A model generated the notes under the pieces. It saw nothing but the letters and a program-made list of their open reading frames with translations. It did no database searches and was not told the origin of the DNA. A DNA stretch of 64,000 bases from Hyphomicrobiales bacterium (GTDB lineage: Bacteria; Pseudomonadota; Alphaproteobacteria; Rhizobiales; Beijerinckiaceae). Where the stretch lies: assembly GCA_028868735.1 (NCBI GenBank), contig JAGWTW010000003.1, positions 31,749 through 95,748 on the forward strand, in the 5' to 3' direction. Of this stretch, positions 1 to 8,740 are shown piece by piece (within the stretch, counting starts at the first letter, position 1; the number at the start of each line of letters is the position of its first letter). A program made the translations under genes and the position numbers.

Positions 1-528
1 GAAATCTGCAGTGCGCGGCACGCCGAGTTTCTGCGCCGCGTCGATCGCGGCTTCGATTAATTCATGCTTTTTCGGAATCGGACTCACCGTCAAGGGGCCG
101 GACGCGCCATGCGACTGATCATGCGGGTGGGCGAGCGCCGTTTCGAGCTTGCGGAAATAGGGGAAGACGTCGCTCCAGCTCCAACCGCGGCATCCGAGCG
201 CTTGCCAAGCGTCGTAATCCTCGTGCTGGCCTCGAATGGCGATGAGGCCGTTGATCGAGCTCGATCCGCCGAGCGTCTTGCCGCGCGGCCAGTAGATGCG
301 GCGGCCGTCCATGTTCGGTTCCGGCTCGGTGTGGAACGCCCAGTTCAGCCGCTTGTCCCACATGGTCTTGCCGTAGCCGATCGGCAGGTGGATCCACAGG
401 CTGCGATCGGGAGGCCCCGCTTCGAGCAATGCGACGCTGTAGCGTCCGTTCTCCGACAGCCGCGCGGCGACCGCGCAGCCGGCCGAACCCGCGCCGACGA
501 CGACGAAATCAGCGGTTTCCTCCGCCAT
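1..528 (-). CDS. GMC-family FAD-dependent oxidoreductase (choline dehydrogenase-like), N-terminal part; 3' end lies outside the window
   Basis: Absent from the ORF track because it runs off the edge. Reverse-strand translation from the ATG at 528 reads MAEETADFVVVGAGSAGCAVAARLSENGRYSVALLEAGPPD...IYWPRGKTLGGSSSINGL. This shows the GxGxxG FAD fold and the GMC N-terminal signature region. Confidence 0.85.
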   Translation of the reverse strand, partial: MAEETADFVVVGAGSAGCAVAARLSENGRYSVALLEAGPPDRSLWIHLPIGYGKTMWDKRLNWAFHTEPEPNMDGRRIYWPRGKTLGGSSSINGLIAIRGQHEDYDAWQALGCRGWSWSDVFPYFRKLETALAHPHDQSHGASGPLTVSPIPKKHELIEAAIDAAQKLGVPRTADF

Positions 529-721
529 TGCTTTCTTCACCTTTCGCCCGGCGCAATGAGGCACGCCCTGGCCGATCCGGTCAACCCGAAGCAATCGTTC
601 CGCAATTCCTCGACGACGTGGCCATCCCCATGTCGGCCGCGTCGCCACATTTGGTTCACCGGAGCTTCAGACAGGCTTCCGCATACTCGCCGTGTTGTCG
701 TCCAATACGGAGGAACACAGA

Positions 722-877
722 ATGCGCAGGCTCATCGCCGCCCTCGTACTTGCCGCTGTCCTCGTTCCGGCCGCGGCCGAAGCTCAAGGCCGTCATCTCG
801 GCTGGGGCCGCGGCCACCACTACGGCTGGAGTCACGGCCACCATCGCGGCTGGGGCCACAGCCATCATCGTCATTGA
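722..877 (+). CDS. Small secreted His/Trp/Gly-repeat peptide (51 aa precursor, about 30 aa mature)
   Basis: GGAGGA lies 10 nt upstream of the ATG at 722 (in frame within track ORF 692..877). The Sec-type signal is MRRLIAALVLAAVLVPAAAEA. The mature part is QGRHLGWGRGHHYGWSHGHHRGWGHSHHRH, with Trp at an exact 8-residue period and 10 His in 30 residues. A GC-rich hairpin follows the stop. Confidence 0.6.
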   Translation: MRRLIAALVLAAVLVPAAAEAQGRHLGWGRGHHYGWSHGHHRGWGHSHHRH

Positions 878-888
878 CGTCGGCGCGG

Positions 889-917
889 GGGCGGGAGGCG
901 TTTCGCCATCCCCGCCC
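889..917. terminator. GC-rich hairpin between convergent genes (peptide gene + / hydrolase -)
   Basis: GGGCGGG (889-895) pairs with CCCGCCC (911-917). An inner GGCG-TTT-CGCC stem-loop sits at 897-907. There is no clear U-tract. Confidence 0.4.
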
Positions 918-1762
918 TAGGCTGATCGCGTCGGCCAGGTCCCGCGCTCGGCGGCGGAGAAAAAGTCCTGAACCTGCGCATTGAACGCCGCGGGCTCCTC
1001 CAGATTGATCGCGTGGCCCGTGTTGGGGCAGACCCAAAGACCGGCCGATGGAATGGCCGCCTTCAACATCATGTTGGTTTCCAGGCATGGCGCGTCCTCG
1101 TCGCCGACCGCGAGCAGGACGGGCGTGCGCATGCCCGCGAACGCGTCGCGAAAATCATGCAACGAAGGCCGTTGCGCCTGATAGCGCGCCATCGTGTTAG
1201 ACATGCCCTCGGGCGAATGGTTTTTCAGCCGCTCGATCGTTTCGGCCCAGCCCCGCGGATCCTTGCGTTTCAACTGGATTCGGGTCGGCGCGTGGCCCAT
1301 TTCCTCCGCCATCGCCGGCATGCCGCGCTCCTTGAAGCCGCGCGCGAGGTTTGGCGCTTCCTTCAACCAGGCTTCGCGTACCGAAGGCGCCGAGCCCGTG
1401 CCGGCGCCGGCCGCGACGATCGCCGACGCCATGTCCGGATGGCGCAGGCCGAATTGCAGCGCCGCATAGCCGCCCATGCTCAGCCCGACGACGTGTGCGC
1501 GCGAAATCTGCAAGCCGCGCATGATCGCGGCAATATCCTCGCAGGCGTGCTCCCAGCCGTAGAGGGAAAGATCGTTCGGCACGTCGCTCGGCGGATAACC
1601 GCGAGCGTTGTAGGCGATGCAGCGGTAGGCGCGCGAGAAGAAGCGAAGCTGCATTTCCCATTCGCGCAGGTCGGCGCCGAATTCGTGGACGAACACGATC
1701 GGATGGCCGGCGCCGGCCTCCTCGTAATAGAGTCTTGCGCCGTCGGCTTGCACATGCGGCAT
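917..1762 (-). CDS. Alpha/beta-fold hydrolase
   Basis: Track ORF 917..1894, with the start placed at MPHVQADGARLYYEEAG (GGGAAGGA RBS upstream). It has the HEFG oxyanion region and the GLSMGG nucleophile elbow. Length is 281 aa. Confidence 0.85.
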   Translation of the reverse strand: MPHVQADGARLYYEEAGAGHPIVFVHEFGADLREWEMQLRFFSRAYRCIAYNARGYPPSDVPNDLSLYGWEHACEDIAAIMRGLQISRAHVVGLSMGGYAALQFGLRHPDMASAIVAAGAGTGSAPSVREAWLKEAPNLARGFKERGMPAMAEEMGHAPTRIQLKRKDPRGWAETIERLKNHSPEGMSNTMARYQAQRPSLHDFRDAFAGMRTPVLLAVGDEDAPCLETNMMLKAAIPSAGLWVCPNTGHAINLEEPAAFNAQVQDFFSAAERGTWPTRSA

Positions 1763-1778
1763 TTTCGTATTCCTTCCC

Positions 1779-2246
1779 TCAGGCGAGATGACGCGCATAG
1801 GTTGGATCCTTGGCGAGGGCGGCGCCTTCCTTCGCAAGAATCCTGCACACGCGCTCTGCTGCGAAATTGAGCGCGACGAAGGCCGGTCCGACATTGGCGA
1901 CTTCGCGATAGCTGGCGATCAGCCCGTCGCGCAGCCGCATGATCGAGACGCCCTCGAAGCCGACGCGCTTGCCGTTCGCCTCCGGCAGGGTCGAGACATA
2001 ACTGAAGGTATAGCGCGCATAGAGCGTGCGGCCGTCGCTGACAGGATCGTGCATGTCCCACCGAAAGTCGCGCGCCGTCCGGTAGAAATGATCCTCGATC
2101 AGTTCGGCGATTTTCGCGCGCCCTTCGAAGACGCCGTAAAACACGTCGTGATAGACGCCGTCTTCCGTGAACAGGTTCGAGAGCGCGGCTCCGTCGCGCC
2201 GTTCGACCGCCGCGCAAAAATCTTTGAGCATTGCTTCGATGGTCAT
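1779..2246 (-). CDS. SnoaL-like / NTF2-family protein
   Basis: This is the C-terminal 155 aa of track ORF 1779..2594, starting at MTIEAMLKDFCAAVERRDGAALSNLFTEDGVYHD. Its ATG overlaps the stop of the upstream dehydrogenase (ATGA). Confidence 0.7.
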   Translation of the reverse strand: MTIEAMLKDFCAAVERRDGAALSNLFTEDGVYHDVFYGVFEGRAKIAELIEDHFYRTARDFRWDMHDPVSDGRTLYARYTFSYVSTLPEANGKRVGFEGVSIMRLRDGLIASYREVANVGPAFVALNFAAERVCRILAKEGAALAKDPTYARHLA

Positions 2247-3121
2247 GACGTCTCTGCTCCGGCGTTGCGATAGGCGCGCACGACCTGGCTGTCGTCGAGC
2301 GCGCCGAAGCCGGCGGCCGAGGCGGCTGCGAATTTCGCGAAGGCGGCGCGCGCCAGCGGGATTTCGGCGGCGGCGCCGTCGCCCGTCTCCACGACGATGC
2401 CGAGGTCCTTCAGAAATATGTCCACTGCGCTCGTGATCGGCGGCGCATCCTGCAGGATGCGCGGGCCGCGGTCGCGCAGCATCCAGCTCGAGGCCGAAGA
2501 GCCGGAAACGATGTCGAGCATTTCCGGCATGTTCACGCCGAGGCGCTCCGCCAGCGCGAGCGCTTCGGCCGCGGCCGCCAGATGCACGCCGCACAGCAAT
2601 TGATTGACGGCCTTGGCGGTCGAGCCCTGGCCGGGCCTTGCGCCGATGTGCACGATCTTGCCGCCCATGGCGGCGAAGGCGGGTTGCGCCTTCTCGATAT
2701 CATCGTCGGCGCCGGCCGCCATGATCGTGAGCGTGCCGGCCTGCGCGCCGACCATGCCGCCGGACACCGGCGCGTCGACAAAGCCGAATCCCGCCGCCTT
2801 CACGCGCGCCGCGAGGGCGGCCATTTTCGCCGGCGGACAGGTCGCCATGACGGCGACGACGGCGCCGGGGGAGAGGCGCGCGATGGCGTTGGCGTCGAAC
2901 AATGCGCTCTCGGCCTGCCCAGCGTTGACGACCATGAGAATGGCGAGGTCGGCGTCCGCAAGCGCATCCCCGACGCTGTCAGCTCCGCGCCCGCCATTGC
3001 GCGCGAGTTCTTCCATCGCCGCCGCGCGAAGGTCGAATCCCTTGACCGAAAATCCCCTTTTCAGGAGATTTTTCGCCATCGGCAGCCCCATGGCGCCGAG
3101 GCCGATAAAACCCGTTTTCAC
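2243..3121 (-). CDS. NAD(P)-dependent oxidoreductase, 3-hydroxyisobutyrate dehydrogenase family
   Basis: MKTGFIGLGAMGLPMAKNL is a Rossmann motif, and the family-typical core GARPGQGSTAKAVNQLL is present. Length is 292 aa. Confidence 0.88.
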   Translation of the reverse strand: MKTGFIGLGAMGLPMAKNLLKRGFSVKGFDLRAAAMEELARNGGRGADSVGDALADADLAILMVVNAGQAESALFDANAIARLSPGAVVAVMATCPPAKMAALAARVKAAGFGFVDAPVSGGMVGAQAGTLTIMAAGADDDIEKAQPAFAAMGGKIVHIGARPGQGSTAKAVNQLLCGVHLAAAAEALALAERLGVNMPEMLDIVSGSSASSWMLRDRGPRILQDAPPITSAVDIFLKDLGIVVETGDGAAAEIPLARAAFAKFAAASAAGFGALDDSQVVRAYRNAGAETS

Positions 3122-3188
3122 CCTTGCGCTCCCTCATGCCGGCTCATTCGCGCCAACGATAGCCTGCCGCCGCGCGCGCCGCCATTCG

Positions 3189-3674
3189 TCAGGGAGCGGC
3201 GAGGTCGAGCGCCATGAAAATCGTGCCGACGACCGGCGTGTCGTAATAGGGCGCAATTTCTGCGAAGCCGAGCGAACGATAGAGTTCGAGCGCCGCGCGC
3301 ATCGACGGCAGGGTGTCGAGCCGCATTTCGCGATATCCGATTATGCGCGCGATGCTCACGATTTTCTCGGCGAGCGCGCGGCCGGCGCCAGCGCCGCGGC
3401 CCGCCGGGGCGACGTAGAGCCGTTTCATTTCGCAAATGCCTTCCGGCGGCAGAGGACGCAGGGCGACGCAGCCGATCGCGGCGCCGCCTGTATCGCGAGC
3501 GAGCAGCAGGGCGCCGCGCGGCGGCGCGTAGGCGCCTGGCAGGCTCGCGCATTCTTCATCGAAATTCTGGTAGGCAAGATCGATCGGCAGGCTGCGCGCA
3601 TAGGCGGCGAAAAGCATCGCCGCCTGCGCAATATCGGTTGTCGATCGCGCGTGGACGATCGTCGCGCTGGTCAA
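3189..3674 (-). CDS. GNAT-family N-acetyltransferase
   Basis: The C-terminal part of track ORF 3189..4001 carries the acetyl-CoA motif RLYVAPAGRGAGAGRAL. The proposed TTG start at 3674 overlaps the stop of the upstream gene (TTGA). The start is uncertain; an internal ATG (MLFAAY) is the alternative. Confidence 0.75.
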   Translation of the reverse strand: MTSATIVHARSTTDIAQAAMLFAAYARSLPIDLAYQNFDEECASLPGAYAPPRGALLLARDTGGAAIGCVALRPLPPEGICEMKRLYVAPAGRGAGAGRALAEKIVSIARIIGYREMRLDTLPSMRAALELYRSLGFAEIAPYYDTPVVGTIFMALDLAAP

Positions 3675-4120
3675 ACCTTGTCCTTCAGCATGACTTGCCC
3701 GGTTTCCAGCAGCGATTTGAGATTGGACAGGATCTTCGGCCAGCCGCCGGATACCGCGCCGATCAGTTTCGAATGCGGGCGGTCCATCGTATGCGTGACC
3801 GTCAGTTTCACGGCTTCGCCAGCCTGCTCGATCTCGTAAAGGCAACGCGCGGGACCTTCGGCCGTCATCTCGGGGTTCCATTGATTGGTCCATTCGAGCA
3901 CAAGCCGGCGCGGCGGATCGCATTCCAGCACGACGCCAGTGTCGGCAAGGCGGCCGTCGTCGAAGACAAGACGCCATGCCGCGCCTTTGGCGACCACGCA
4001 TTCGAACGTCGCGCCAAGCCAGTATTTGCGCGTGAATTCCGGCTCCGTCAGCGCGCTCCAGAGCTTTTCGGGCGTCGTGCGAATGTAGACGACATACACA
4101 AAGGACGAGGACTCACTCAT
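3671..4120 (-). CDS. SRPBCC / AHSA1-domain protein
   Basis: 149 aa, starting MSESSSFVYVVYIRTTPEKLWSALTEPEFTRKYW. This is the typical ArsR-associated Aha1-like START fold protein. It overlaps the arsR stop. Confidence 0.8.
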   Translation of the reverse strand: MSESSSFVYVVYIRTTPEKLWSALTEPEFTRKYWLGATFECVVAKGAAWRLVFDDGRLADTGVVLECDPPRRLVLEWTNQWNPEMTAEGPARCLYEIEQAGEAVKLTVTHTMDRPHSKLIGAVSGGWPKILSNLKSLLETGQVMLKDKV

Positions 4121-4430
4121 CGTATTCGAGCTTTCGCTTGAGGTCCGACAAGGCCGCGAGGCGGGGGCGCTCGAATTTCGCGATCCAGCGTTCGGCTATG
4201 GCGTTGATCGGAACCGGGTTGATGAAATGAAGCTTCTCGCGCCCGCGCCATTGCGTGGAGACGAGGTTGGCTTCCTCGAGAATCGCGAGGTGCTTCGTCA
4301 CGGCCTGCCGGCTCATGTCCAGTCCTCCGCACAACGCGCCGAGCGACTGGCCGTTCTTCCGATGCAGGGCGTCGAGCAGAGACCTGCGGCTCGCATCCGC
4401 CAGCGCACGAAACACGGCGTCGTCGTTCAT
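4113..4430 (-). CDS. ArsR/SmtB-family transcriptional regulator
   Basis: MNDDAVFRALADASRRSLLDALHRKNGQSLGALCGGLDMSRQAVTKHLAILEEANLV is a winged-HTH region. The ATG at 4430 is preferred over the TTG at 4445, which lies inside the upstream palindrome. Confidence 0.85.
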   Translation of the reverse strand: MNDDAVFRALADASRRSLLDALHRKNGQSLGALCGGLDMSRQAVTKHLAILEEANLVSTQWRGREKLHFINPVPINAIAERWIAKFERPRLAALSDLKRKLEYDE

Positions 4431-4441
4431 GGCGCTATTAT

Positions 4442-4457
4442 GCAACCAAATGGTTGC
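4442..4457. promoter_or_regulatory. Putative ArsR operator (7-2-7 perfect inverted repeat)
   Basis: GCAACCA-AA-TGGTTGC lies 12 nt upstream of the arsR ATG, in the divergent region shared with the aldo/keto reductase gene. Confidence 0.45.
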
Positions 4458-4525
4458 TTGTCAAGGCGCCTTGATTTCGACCGCGTGGAGAAGATTTACT
4501 GCGGCCCCTCAGGAGAGGAATTGCG

Positions 4526-5521
4526 ATGAAGAAAGTTCCGGCGACGATGCGGCGAAAACTCGGGCAGAGCGATCTCAGCGTGTCCCCGATCGGGCTAGGC
4601 TGCATGTCGCTCGCAGGCGTATATGGCGCAGCGGACGACAGGGAATCCGAAAAACTGATTCATCATGCGATCGATTGCGGCGTCAATCATCTCGACACCG
4701 CTGACATGTACGGCTGGGGACACAGCGAGAGCATCGTCGGCCGCGCGATCAAGGGACGGCGCGACGAGATCGTGCTCGCGACCAAGTTCGGGCAGGTTAA
4801 GGGCGAGGGCGGCGTCAACGGCGTCGACGGTCGGCCGGAATATGTGAAAGAGGCGTGCGACGCTTGTCTGCAGCGGCTCGGCGTCGACGTGATCGATCTG
4901 TTCTACCAGCACCGCGTCGATCCGAAAACGCCGGTCGAGGAAACGTTCGGCGCGATGGCGGAACTCGTGAAAGCCGGCAAGGTGCGCGCGCTCGGCATCT
5001 CCGAGGCGAAGCCCGAGACGATCGAGCGCGCGCACAAGACGCATCCGCTCGCTGTCGTGCAGACGGAATATTCGCTGCTCTACCGGCGGGAGGCTGAGGA
5101 GACGCGCGCGATCACCAAGAAGCTCGGAATTTCCTTCGTCGCCTATTCGCCGCTCGGGCGCGGCTTTCTCACTGGCGCCTTGAAGACGCAGGATGACATC
5201 GACGGCCGGCGCGCGCAGCATCCGCGCTTCCAGCCGGAAAATTTTGCCGCCAATCGCGCGTTGGTCGAAAAGATCGAGGCGCAAGCTGCGGAGAAGGGAT
5301 GTACTCCCTCGCAGATCGCGCTCGCCTGGGTGCTCGCGCAAGGCGAGGATGTCGTCGCGATTTTCGGCACGCGCTATGCGGCGCGGCTCGACGAAAATCT
5401 CGGCGCGCTCGATGTGACGCTCAGCGCGGCGGAAGTCGCGGCGCTTTCCGCCGCCATTCCGCCGGGCGCGGCGGCGGGCACGCGCTATCCGGCAGGCGGC
5501 ATGAAGGCGGTCTATCTGTGA
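4526..5521 (+). CDS. Aldo/keto reductase
   Basis: 331 aa with an AGGAGAGGA RBS. Family motifs present include LGCMSLAGVYG, HLDTADMYG and YSPLGRGFLTG. Confidence 0.9.
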   Translation: MKKVPATMRRKLGQSDLSVSPIGLGCMSLAGVYGAADDRESEKLIHHAIDCGVNHLDTADMYGWGHSESIVGRAIKGRRDEIVLATKFGQVKGEGGVNGVDGRPEYVKEACDACLQRLGVDVIDLFYQHRVDPKTPVEETFGAMAELVKAGKVRALGISEAKPETIERAHKTHPLAVVQTEYSLLYRREAEETRAITKKLGISFVAYSPLGRGFLTGALKTQDDIDGRRAQHPRFQPENFAANRALVEKIEAQAAEKGCTPSQIALAWVLAQGEDVVAIFGTRYAARLDENLGALDVTLSAAEVAALSAAIPPGAAAGTRYPAGGMKAVYL

Positions 5522-5551
5522 TTTAGTCGCTGGCGCTCGGTAAAGCGCGAC

Positions 5552-6580
5552 TCAGAATCCCGCCGCCGCATTGTCGCTGTCGACCCTGGCGCCGGCGCGC
5601 ATGCGCCGCGCATTGTTGACGAGGGCTCCGGGCCTGTCCTCGTTCGCTGGCTTTGCGGTCGCCATGCGCATGACGGCGCGATAGTCCGGCTGGACTTCCA
5701 TGCGCGCGAGCAGCCCGTTGTCGCGCAGCATGGCGTGGACCTTCGGCAGATTGTAGCAGGGCACGTAATAGAGCAGGTGATGCTCGAGATGATAGTTCAC
5801 GAAATAGGGCGCGACGAACAGACGCTCGATCAGGCCTGCTTTCGTCGTGCGCGTGTTGCGCAGGGGATCGTCGTGATCGGGTACTACCGCGTGCTCGGCG
5901 ATGTTGCGGATGCGCGTCACCACCATGTACCAGGTCGTGAGCGGCAGCAGCCATAACAGCGGGTAGGCCCACCAAACGCCGCAGAGCGTCATCAACGCGA
6001 AGATGACCGCATTGACGAGAATCTGCCTGCCGAGCCGTTCGCGAAAGAGGGCGAGACGCGCGGGCAAGGGCAAGGCGGGATCGCCGAGCGCATTCAGAAC
6101 TTGCGCCTTGCGCTGCGAATATCCGGTCTTGCCGAGCAGGTCGCGCAAAAACTTGCGGCGGTAGCTTTTCGCCGTGATGGGAAACGGCGCCGACAGGACG
6201 AGATCGGGATCGTCGGACTGCTGCGTACGCTTGTGGTGTTTGAGGTGATAGCGGCGATAGGCGCGCGTCTCGGCGAAGATCGGATAGGCGCACAGCCATT
6301 GCGACAGGCGGTCGTTGAGATCGTGGTCGGGCGACAGGCACCCGTGCGCGCCTTCGTGCATGAGGATGCCGAGGCCGAGCTGGCGCGAACCGATGACCAT
6401 CACAGCTATGACGAAGGCCAGGGGGTTGGGCAGCCAGGCGACGAGCGCGATCGCGGCGACGATCGTCGCCCAGGCGTGCGCGATCATCCACAGGCCGCGC
6501 CAGGTCGGGCGCGCCCGTACGGTGGCGAGCTGATCGGGCGTCAGCACCTGATCGACAGGCAGGCGGGCGGCGAAGGTCAT
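5552..6580 (-). CDS. Membrane fatty-acid desaturase family protein (di-iron, His-box)
   Basis: 342 aa with hydrophobic segments and three His boxes: HEGAHG, HLKHHK and NYHLEHH. Confidence 0.85.
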   Translation of the reverse strand: MTFAARLPVDQVLTPDQLATVRARPTWRGLWMIAHAWATIVAAIALVAWLPNPLAFVIAVMVIGSRQLGLGILMHEGAHGCLSPDHDLNDRLSQWLCAYPIFAETRAYRRYHLKHHKRTQQSDDPDLVLSAPFPITAKSYRRKFLRDLLGKTGYSQRKAQVLNALGDPALPLPARLALFRERLGRQILVNAVIFALMTLCGVWWAYPLLWLLPLTTWYMVVTRIRNIAEHAVVPDHDDPLRNTRTTKAGLIERLFVAPYFVNYHLEHHLLYYVPCYNLPKVHAMLRDNGLLARMEVQPDYRAVMRMATAKPANEDRPGALVNNARRMRAGARVDSDNAAAGF

Positions 6581-6648
6581 ACGCGCATATTAGCAGCGCA
6601 TGCGGAGAACGCGAGACCCCAGCCCTGCTCCCGATTTTCCAATGCAGG

Positions 6649-7446
6649 TCAGGCGGCGGACCGCGGCGGGGCTGGCCAGAAGGCGTTCACGCGGGCCTTG
6701 TAGCGGTTGAAAGCGTCGGGGCGCGAGCGCTGCAATTCCTGTTCGAGCGGCGGTACGCCGGACACGTGCACGAGCAGCCAATACATCAGGGCCGGCGCGC
6801 CGAATGCGAGCCAGCCGCGCCAGTCGTCGACTTGCAGCGCAACGGCCGGATAGGCGAGCCAACCCAGCCATTCGAAGAAATAGTTGGGATGCCGCGACCA
6901 TGCCCACAGTCCCTTGTCGCAAATCCGCCCGCGGTTTTCAGGGTTCGCGCGAAACGCCGCCATCTGCGCGTCGGCCGCGGATTCGCCGGCGATCGCAATT
7001 GCGAAGATCGCGGCGCCGAAAAGGTCACGGGCGTCGAGCGGCGGACGCGTGGCGTGCCCCGCGAGCCAGGCGGCGAGCGCAAGCGGCAGCGCGCAGGCGG
7101 CCTGCGCCTGCAGGAACCAGAAAAGTTTCGATGGCGCGGCGGCTCCCCACTCGCGCTTCAGCGCGGCGTAGCGTGGATCATCCGGCCCGCTGGCGGCGCG
7201 GCGCCACATGTAAGTCCCGAGCCGCAGGCACCAGACCAGCGCGATCGCCGCCACGAGAATTTGCCGCGCCGTCTGCGCACTGGCCGACGGCGCGAGCGCG
7301 GCGGCGATCAGCGCGGCTCCGGTCGCAAAGGTCCAGATCGCGTCGATCTTGCCGGATTGCTTCGTCTTCAGCGCGATCCGGCAGGCAATCGCCATGGCGG
7401 CCGAGAGGAAGGCGGCCAGAAAAAGCGCGAGAAGCCCGGCGTTCAT
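6649..7446 (-). CDS. DUF1295 / steroid-5-alpha-reductase-like membrane protein
   Basis: This is the C-terminal 265 aa of track ORF 6649..7974, starting at MNAGLLALFLAAFL. The conserved region GLWAWSRHPNYFFEWLGW is present. Its ATG overlaps the chrR stop (ATGA). Confidence 0.8.
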   Translation of the reverse strand: MNAGLLALFLAAFLSAAMAIACRIALKTKQSGKIDAIWTFATGAALIAAALAPSASAQTARQILVAAIALVWCLRLGTYMWRRAASGPDDPRYAALKREWGAAAPSKLFWFLQAQAACALPLALAAWLAGHATRPPLDARDLFGAAIFAIAIAGESAADAQMAAFRANPENRGRICDKGLWAWSRHPNYFFEWLGWLAYPAVALQVDDWRGWLAFGAPALMYWLLVHVSGVPPLEQELQRSRPDAFNRYKARVNAFWPAPPRSAA

Positions 7447-8078
7447 ATCCCGATGAACTGCTGGAACAGCCTGGCTATCCAGCCTTGAAGACGCAATGGT
7501 CCTTCGAGCGCCGCCAGCACGACGCAATCGCCATCGCGGTCGGCGAGCGGAATGTGCTCGACGTCCTCGTCCATCTCGATGCAATCGCCGGCGACGTAGT
7601 GACCGAAGGCGTCGGTGTAACCGCCGGCGATCACCTGGGTATATTCCACGCCGGTGTGGCCATGGTTCGGCATGCGCTGGCCGGCGCCGACCTTCAGCAT
7701 GATGACGTTGGCGTCCGGCGCCTCCGGCAGGACAACCCTGCGCCAGCGTACGCCCGGCGCGACGGCGCGCCATTTCGGCAGGTCGTAATAACGCAGCGGC
7801 GCCGGCATGGCGGCGTCGCGCGCCGCGGGGACAATCGTAGCCGGAGCCGGCGCTTCGACCTGCGCCAGCGTTCGCGCGAAGGCGTCGGCCCGGAGCGTCG
7901 CCGGCTCCATACTGTCGAGCAGCACGCCGCCGGCGGATTCGAACGAGCGAATGCGCGCGCGGCATTGCGGGCATCCCGCGAGGTGGGTGGCGACGACAAG
8001 ACGGGGGCCTGCTTCGATCGCGCCGGCGGCGAAGCGGCCGAGCGTCTCGTCAGCGGGATGATGGTTCGGGGCGTTCAC
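7443..8078 (-). CDS. chrR: ChrR-family anti-sigma factor (ZAS domain + cupin)
   Basis: A GTG start overlaps the rpoE stop (GTGA). The ZAS motif H-x3-C-x2-C is seen in ATHLAGCPQC. The C-terminal cupin region reads PNHGHTGVEYTQVIAGGY. Length is 211 aa. Confidence 0.85.
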   Translation of the reverse strand: MNAPNHHPADETLGRFAAGAIEAGPRLVVATHLAGCPQCRARIRSFESAGGVLLDSMEPATLRADAFARTLAQVEAPAPATIVPAARDAAMPAPLRYYDLPKWRAVAPGVRWRRVVLPEAPDANVIMLKVGAGQRMPNHGHTGVEYTQVIAGGYTDAFGHYVAGDCIEMDEDVEHIPLADRDGDCVVLAALEGPLRLQGWIARLFQQFIGI

Positions 8079-8638
8079 GGCTCCTGCTCCAGAATCGCGC
8101 GGATTTTCGCCATCGCGAGGCGCGCGCGGGACTTTACTGTCCCCAGGGGGATGTTGAGTTCGCGCGCGATCTGCGCGTGCGGCTTCTCCGAAAAGAACGA
8201 CAGCTTCAGGACGCTGGCCTGCGCTGGGGAAAGAGTCGCCATCGCGCGTCTTACGCGCGCGTCGCGTTCGCTCGCCAGCGTATCTTCTTCCGCCGAATTC
8301 TCGACGTCCGGCGTCTCGTAGGACAGGACGGCGACGCCGGCGGCGGCGCGCGCCGACTTGCGGGCGCCGTCGATCCGCAAGTTGCGGGCGATGGTGAAAA
8401 CCCAGGTGCTGACGTTCGCCTGCGCCGGATCGTACATGCCGGCCTTCCGCCAGACGGCGACCATCGTTTCCTGCGCGACGTCCTCGGCCTCGCTGGCGTT
8501 CAACCCGGCGCGCTGCATGAATGCGGCCACGCGCGGCGCAAAGAACTGGAACAGACGGCCGAAGGCCGCCCGATCCTGATCCTGCGCGACGGCGGCGAGC
8601 CATCGCTTCATGTCGTCTGCGCTGGGAGCGGCGGTCAT
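8075..8638 (-). CDS. rpoE: ECF RNA polymerase sigma factor (RpoE/ChrR-type)
   Basis: The start is placed at MTAAPSADDMKRWLAAV. Region 2 reads DVAQETMVAVWRKAGMYD and region 4 reads IARELNIPLGTVKSRARLAMAKIR. Length is 187 aa. Confidence 0.9.
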   Translation of the reverse strand: MTAAPSADDMKRWLAAVAQDQDRAAFGRLFQFFAPRVAAFMQRAGLNASEAEDVAQETMVAVWRKAGMYDPAQANVSTWVFTIARNLRIDGARKSARAAAGVAVLSYETPDVENSAEEDTLASERDARVRRAMATLSPAQASVLKLSFFSEKPHAQIARELNIPLGTVKSRARLAMAKIRAILEQEP

Positions 8639-8713
8639 GGCCACCGTCCTATTCCGCAGGGGGATCGGCTGCGCAAGGGCGAGATTCAATCCTGATCTCC
8701 GGTTCACGGCTTT

Positions 8714-8739
8714 TACGGTCGCGCTTAGCGGCTGGATCA
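8714..8739 (-). promoter_or_regulatory. Putative sigma-E (ECF, ChrR-type) promoter of rpoE-chrR
   Basis: The minus strand reads TGATCC (8739-8734), then 16 nt, then CGTA (8717-8714). It sits about 75 nt upstream of the rpoE ATG. Confidence 0.6.
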
Positions 8740-8740
8740 G

